Shown one piece after another: positions 60,240-64,000 of a DNA stretch of 64,000 nucleotides; position 1 is the stretch's first letter, and every line of letters starts with the position of its first letter. Source of the DNA: Myxococcales bacterium (GTDB taxonomy: Bacteria > Myxococcota_A > Polyangia > Polyangiales > JADJMO01); NCBI GenBank assembly GCA_016794445.1, contig JAEUKC010000105.1, positions 8,949 through 72,948 of the forward strand. The letters run 5' to 3'. The notes below the pieces were generated by a model. That model ran no database searches and was not told the origin of the DNA. It worked only from the letters and a program-made list of their open reading frames with translations. Both the position numbers and the translations under genes were made by a program.

Positions 60240-61930
60240 CGAGCCTCCGCATAGCGCGCACGAAGGTCGCGCTTGAGCACCTTGCCGGTCGGGTTGCGCG
60301 GCAGGGCCGCCCCGGCTTCGAGCACCACGAACTGCCTCGGGACCTTGGGGCCGGCGAGGCGCTCCTTGCACCACGACTTGAGCGCCGCCTCGCTGCCGCC
60401 CTCGTCCTTGGGGACCACCACCGCGGTGACGCGCTCGCCCCACTCGGGGTCGGGCAGGCCGATGACGGCGACCTCGTCGACCGAGGGGTGGGCCTCGAGG
60501 ATCGACTCCACCTCGGCGGGGTACACGTTGACGCCGCCCGAGATGATCATGTCGCGCTTGCGGCCCTCGAGGTGGTAGCAGCCGTGCGCGTCGCGCCGCG
60601 CGAGGTCGCCCACCGAGAACCAGCCGTCGCGCATCGAGCCGCGCGTGGCGGCCTCGTCCTCGTGGTAGCCCGCGACCAGCATCGCGTTCTTGGTGAACAG
60701 CTCGCCCACCGTGCCGTCGGGCACGTCCTTGCCGTGGTCGTCGAGCAGCCGCACGTCGTTGCCCGGGACGGCGCGCCCGATCGTGCCCGGCGAACGGCGC
60801 AGATCTTCGGGGTGCGCGAGGGTGACCACGCCGGTCTCGGTGGCGCCGTAGAGGTTGAACACGATGTCGCCGAACAGATCCATGGCGAGGTCGCTGTCGG
60901 GCCCCGGGAGCGGCGCGCTCGTGCAGAACAGGGCCGCGAGCGACCGCGTGTCGCGCCGCCGGATCTCGTCCTCGCCGATGGCGAGCAAACGGTGGAGCAT
61001 GGTGGGCACCAGCACCGTGGTGGTGACGCGGTGGTGCTCGATGGCGTCGAGGAACCGCGTCGGGTGGAACTCGTCGAGCAACACCACCGTGGCGCCGAGG
61101 ATCTGGCTCATCGCGATGAAGCCGAACGCGGTGGTGTGGTAGAGCGGGCACGCGGCGAGGTGCACGTCGTCGGAGCGCATGGGCGTCTCGGCGAGGAACC
61201 GCATCACCGCGGGCAGGAGCTCCTTGTTGAACTTGCGGACCGCCCCCTTGGGCTTGCCGGTGGTGCCGCTCGTGTAGACGACCACCGCGCCCTCGTCCTT
61301 GGCGTCGTGCTGGTGCAGGCCGGCCCGCACGAGCTCGTCGAACGGCCGCAGCCCGGGGACGTCGGCCCCGACCGCGAAGATGCGGTCACCGAGGACGCCG
61401 AGCTCCCCGCGGGCCTTCTCGACCGTGGCCGCGACCTGCGCGTCGACCACGAGCGCGCCCGCGCCCGAGTGGTTGACGAGGTAGGCCAGCTCGGAGGGCG
61501 TGCTCCGCCACGAGACCGTCACCATCGCCGTGCCCGCGCGCGCGGCCCCCGTGCCGAGCATGAGGTACTCGGGTCGGTTCTTCATCATCACGAGCAGCGT
61601 CTTGCCCGAGAGCCCGAGAGCGCGCAGGCCGCCGGCGAGGTCGTCGGCCTCCTTGTCGAGCTCCCCGTAGGTCCAGCTGCGGGTGGCCTCACCGGGCCGC
61701 CCCTCGCTCGCGGGGAAGATCAGCCCGAGCTTGTCGGGCGAGTTGGCCGCGTGCACGCGCCAGATCGTCGACGGACCGCTCCGACCCCGGGCGAGCTGGG
61801 AGACGAGGGTCTTGGCCCCGCGCGCCGTGAGGTCGAACGCGAGCCCCGAGCGCACGCCGAGGCGCGCGGCCACCTGCAGGCGATCGAACAAGGCCTCGAC
61901 CTTGGCGAGCGGCGCCTCGAGCAGTGTCAT
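60236..61930 (-). CDS. AMP-binding acyl-CoA synthetase (long-chain fatty acid--CoA ligase-like)
   Basis: Motifs YTSGTTGKPKG, YGATE, GDL, GRKRDMIISGGVNVYP and PRNPTGKV. Confidence 0.92.
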   Translation of the reverse strand: MTLLEAPLAKVEALFDRLQVAARLGVRSGLAFDLTARGAKTLVSQLARGRSGPSTIWRVHAANSPDKLGLIFPASEGRPGEATRSWTYGELDKEADDLAGGLRALGLSGKTLLVMMKNRPEYLMLGTGAARAGTAMVTVSWRSTPSELAYLVNHSGAGALVVDAQVAATVEKARGELGVLGDRIFAVGADVPGLRPFDELVRAGLHQHDAKDEGAVVVYTSGTTGKPKGAVRKFNKELLPAVMRFLAETPMRSDDVHLAACPLYHTTAFGFIAMSQILGATVVLLDEFHPTRFLDAIEHHRVTTTVLVPTMLHRLLAIGEDEIRRRDTRSLAALFCTSAPLPGPDSDLAMDLFGDIVFNLYGATETGVVTLAHPEDLRRSPGTIGRAVPGNDVRLLDDHGKDVPDGTVGELFTKNAMLVAGYHEDEAATRGSMRDGWFSVGDLARRDAHGCYHLEGRKRDMIISGGVNVYPAEVESILEAHPSVDEVAVIGLPDPEWGERVTAVVVPKDEGGSEAALKSWCKERLAGPKVPRQFVVLEAGAALPRNPTGKVLKRDLRARYAEAR

Positions 61931-62013
61931 GACCGAGGATTCTATCCTATGTTCCGCGCCGCCATGCAGCTTCGCTTGCCGGCCTACCTCACGCACGCCA
62001 AAAGGGCCGGGTG

Positions 62014-63984
62014 ATGGACGACCGCCGCACGCTGCGCAGTGGCTTGCCCGTGGAGCTCCGCCGGGAGCTCGAGGGTCTCGTGGGCGCCCTGCTCGCGGTC
62101 GCCAAGACCGAGGGCGTCCCCGGCCGCCTCCGCGTCGAGCGCCTGCTCGGCCACGGCGCGCTGTTCGTCACCTTCGCCGCCACCCGCATCGATCGCCGCG
62201 GCGCGATGCCGGTCGCCCTCAAGGTCCTGCGCCCGTCGATCGCCCTCGCCTGGCCCGAGGGCCCCCGCATCCTCTCGCGCGAGCAGGCGCGGCTCGTCGC
62301 GATCCTCAACGAACGGGTCCCGCCCTCTCCGCACGTCGTCCGGCTGCTCGAGGCTGGCGAGCTCGGGCGCGAACCTTCGCGCGGCCTCGATCTCGAGGTG
62401 CCCTACCTCACCCTCGAGCTCGTACCCGCGCCGCTCGACGTCGCCGACGCCAGCCTGTTCACCCGCGTGCGCCTCGAGGTCACGACCCACGGCTTCGCGC
62501 TCGACGCGAAGACCGCGCTCGGGGTGCTGCGCGGCGTCGCCAAGGGGCTCGACCTCGTGCACGGCCACGGCCTCCTGCACCGGGGGCTCGGGCCCACCAA
62601 CGTGCTGATGGTCGGCGACGTCGCGCGCGTGAGCGACCTCGCGATCGCCAGGCCGAGCGGGCTCCCGCCCGGCTTCGGGGTCCTCACCGACACTCCCGCG
62701 CACGTCCCCGACGCCTACCGCGCCCCCGAGCAGCGCCAGGGCGCCGCGCCCACGCCCGCGGTCGACGTGTTCGCGTTCGCGGCGCTCGCGCGCTTCGTGT
62801 TGACGGGTCGGCCGGGGCAGGCGCTCGTGACCGCCAACACTCTGCACCCCTCGCTCGCCAACCCCGAGCGCCGCGCCGCGCTGGTGGCGCTCGAGGCCGC
62901 GCTCGACCTCGGCCTCGCGGCCGATCCCGAGCAGCGCCCGGCCACCATCGAGTCGTTCTTCCGCACCCTCGAGCCCGCCCTCGAGACCCTCGCCCGCGGC
63001 GTGCGCGTGGTCCGCCCCCCGACGCCGCAACCCGCCCTCGCCGGCTGGGTGTGGACCGTGCGCCACGAGCCGCGCGCCAAGCTCGCCGGCGTGATGCGCG
63101 CGGTGGTCGACGAGGAGGGTCGCGCGCTGCTCCTCGCGCGAGAGCCCGCCGCCTCGTCCGAGCGCGCGACGGACGGCCTCGACGTCACGGCCCCCGAGAA
63201 CCGCTCGGCGCACTTCTTCGACGGCCGCCTCTACCGCCCCGTACCGCCCATCCCCGAGCTCGACACCGCGGTGGTGGCGACCCACCACGACGGCGCGTGG
63301 GTGGTCTTCGGCCGGGGGACCGACGGCCGCGGCGCCGCGGCGAAGCTCGAGGCCGGCGCACAGCGCGCACTCCCGCCCTGGCCCAGCGCCGCCGTGTGCG
63401 CCGCGTTCCTCGACCATCGCCTCGCCTTCGTCGACGGTCACGGCCGCCTCGTCGTCGACGGCGTCCCCATCGCCACCCTTTCGGGTCTCGCCTGCGCCTA
63501 CGCGCTCTCCAAGCTGGACGACGAGCTCGCGGTGGTGGTCGGCATGGCGACCAACGGCGGGCCTTACCTCGCGGCGATCGACCTCACGACCCACGAGGTG
63601 CAGACCCAGCCGTGGCCGGCCCGGTCCCTCGGCTTCTGCATGGCGCGGGACCGACGCACCGGCGCGGCGCTGGTCGGTTGCGCCCACGGCCTCGTGGTCG
63701 ATCTGCGCCGCGCGACCGGCCTGCGCGTCGTCGCCACCCCGACCCAGCTCCCCCTCCGCGAGGACGTGCAGAGCGTCGCCTTCGACCCTTCGGGCGCGGC
63801 CTGGGTCGGCGTGCGCGGCGCCGCCTGGCTGCGCACGCGCGCGAGCGAGTCGTTCGTGCTGGCCCACGCCGATCCGACCCTGGACGACGTCCTCGCCATC
63901 GCGCCCCGCCCGCGGGGCTGCCTCCTCTTCACCCGGAGCGGGACCGTACTCGAGGGCCGGGATCTGTTGCCCACGAGCGTGTAG
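62014..63984 (+). CDS. Ser/Thr kinase-like pseudokinase with C-terminal beta-rich domain
   Basis: VALK and APE are retained. The catalytic loop reads HRGLGPTN and DFG is replaced by DLA. Confidence 0.75.
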   Translation: MDDRRTLRSGLPVELRRELEGLVGALLAVAKTEGVPGRLRVERLLGHGALFVTFAATRIDRRGAMPVALKVLRPSIALAWPEGPRILSREQARLVAILNERVPPSPHVVRLLEAGELGREPSRGLDLEVPYLTLELVPAPLDVADASLFTRVRLEVTTHGFALDAKTALGVLRGVAKGLDLVHGHGLLHRGLGPTNVLMVGDVARVSDLAIARPSGLPPGFGVLTDTPAHVPDAYRAPEQRQGAAPTPAVDVFAFAALARFVLTGRPGQALVTANTLHPSLANPERRAALVALEAALDLGLAADPEQRPATIESFFRTLEPALETLARGVRVVRPPTPQPALAGWVWTVRHEPRAKLAGVMRAVVDEEGRALLLAREPAASSERATDGLDVTAPENRSAHFFDGRLYRPVPPIPELDTAVVATHHDGAWVVFGRGTDGRGAAAKLEAGAQRALPPWPSAAVCAAFLDHRLAFVDGHGRLVVDGVPIATLSGLACAYALSKLDDELAVVVGMATNGGPYLAAIDLTTHEVQTQPWPARSLGFCMARDRRTGAALVGCAHGLVVDLRRATGLRVVATPTQLPLREDVQSVAFDPSGAAWVGVRGAAWLRTRASESFVLAHADPTLDDVLAIAPRPRGCLLFTRSGTVLEGRDLLPTSV

Positions 63985-64000
63985 AGTCCGCGCCCCCGTG

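Overview
Very GC-rich bacterial DNA with about 53 densely packed CDSs and one tRNA-Lys(TTT). The gene content (Cys-rich secreted lipoproteins, FHA-GGDEF, orphan PhnD-like protein, Ser/Thr kinase-AAA fusion, long SppA) suggests Myxococcota, probably Polyangia; this is an inference. Housekeeping genes include ddl, greA, pyrH, gltX, rimK, tdk, prkA, an RluA-family gene and a family-5 UDG. No transposase, integrase, prophage, rRNA or CRISPR array is visible. Main observations: (1) a cheA-cheW-MCP-cheY-cheB-cheR operon with an Aer2-like tandem PAS-heme receptor, whose cheY has an in-frame TAG at the conserved D-W-N-M-P Trp; (2) several apparent pseudo-enzymes of phospho-signalling: a truncated PtsP-like protein with Arg in place of the phospho-His, a tandem pseudo-histidine kinase coupled to an acyl-CoA ligase and a receiver, and a divergent Ser/Thr pseudokinase; (3) a sensor fusing two different histidine kinase cores around a receiver; (4) a lipoprotein / possible beta-barrel SppA / esterase operon next to a barrel-less POTRA lipoprotein; (5) a recurring TAnnnT hexamer 6-8 nt upstream of start codons, suggesting widespread leaderless mRNAs. 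All calls come from motif recognition by eye. No database search was run, so novelty is unverified.
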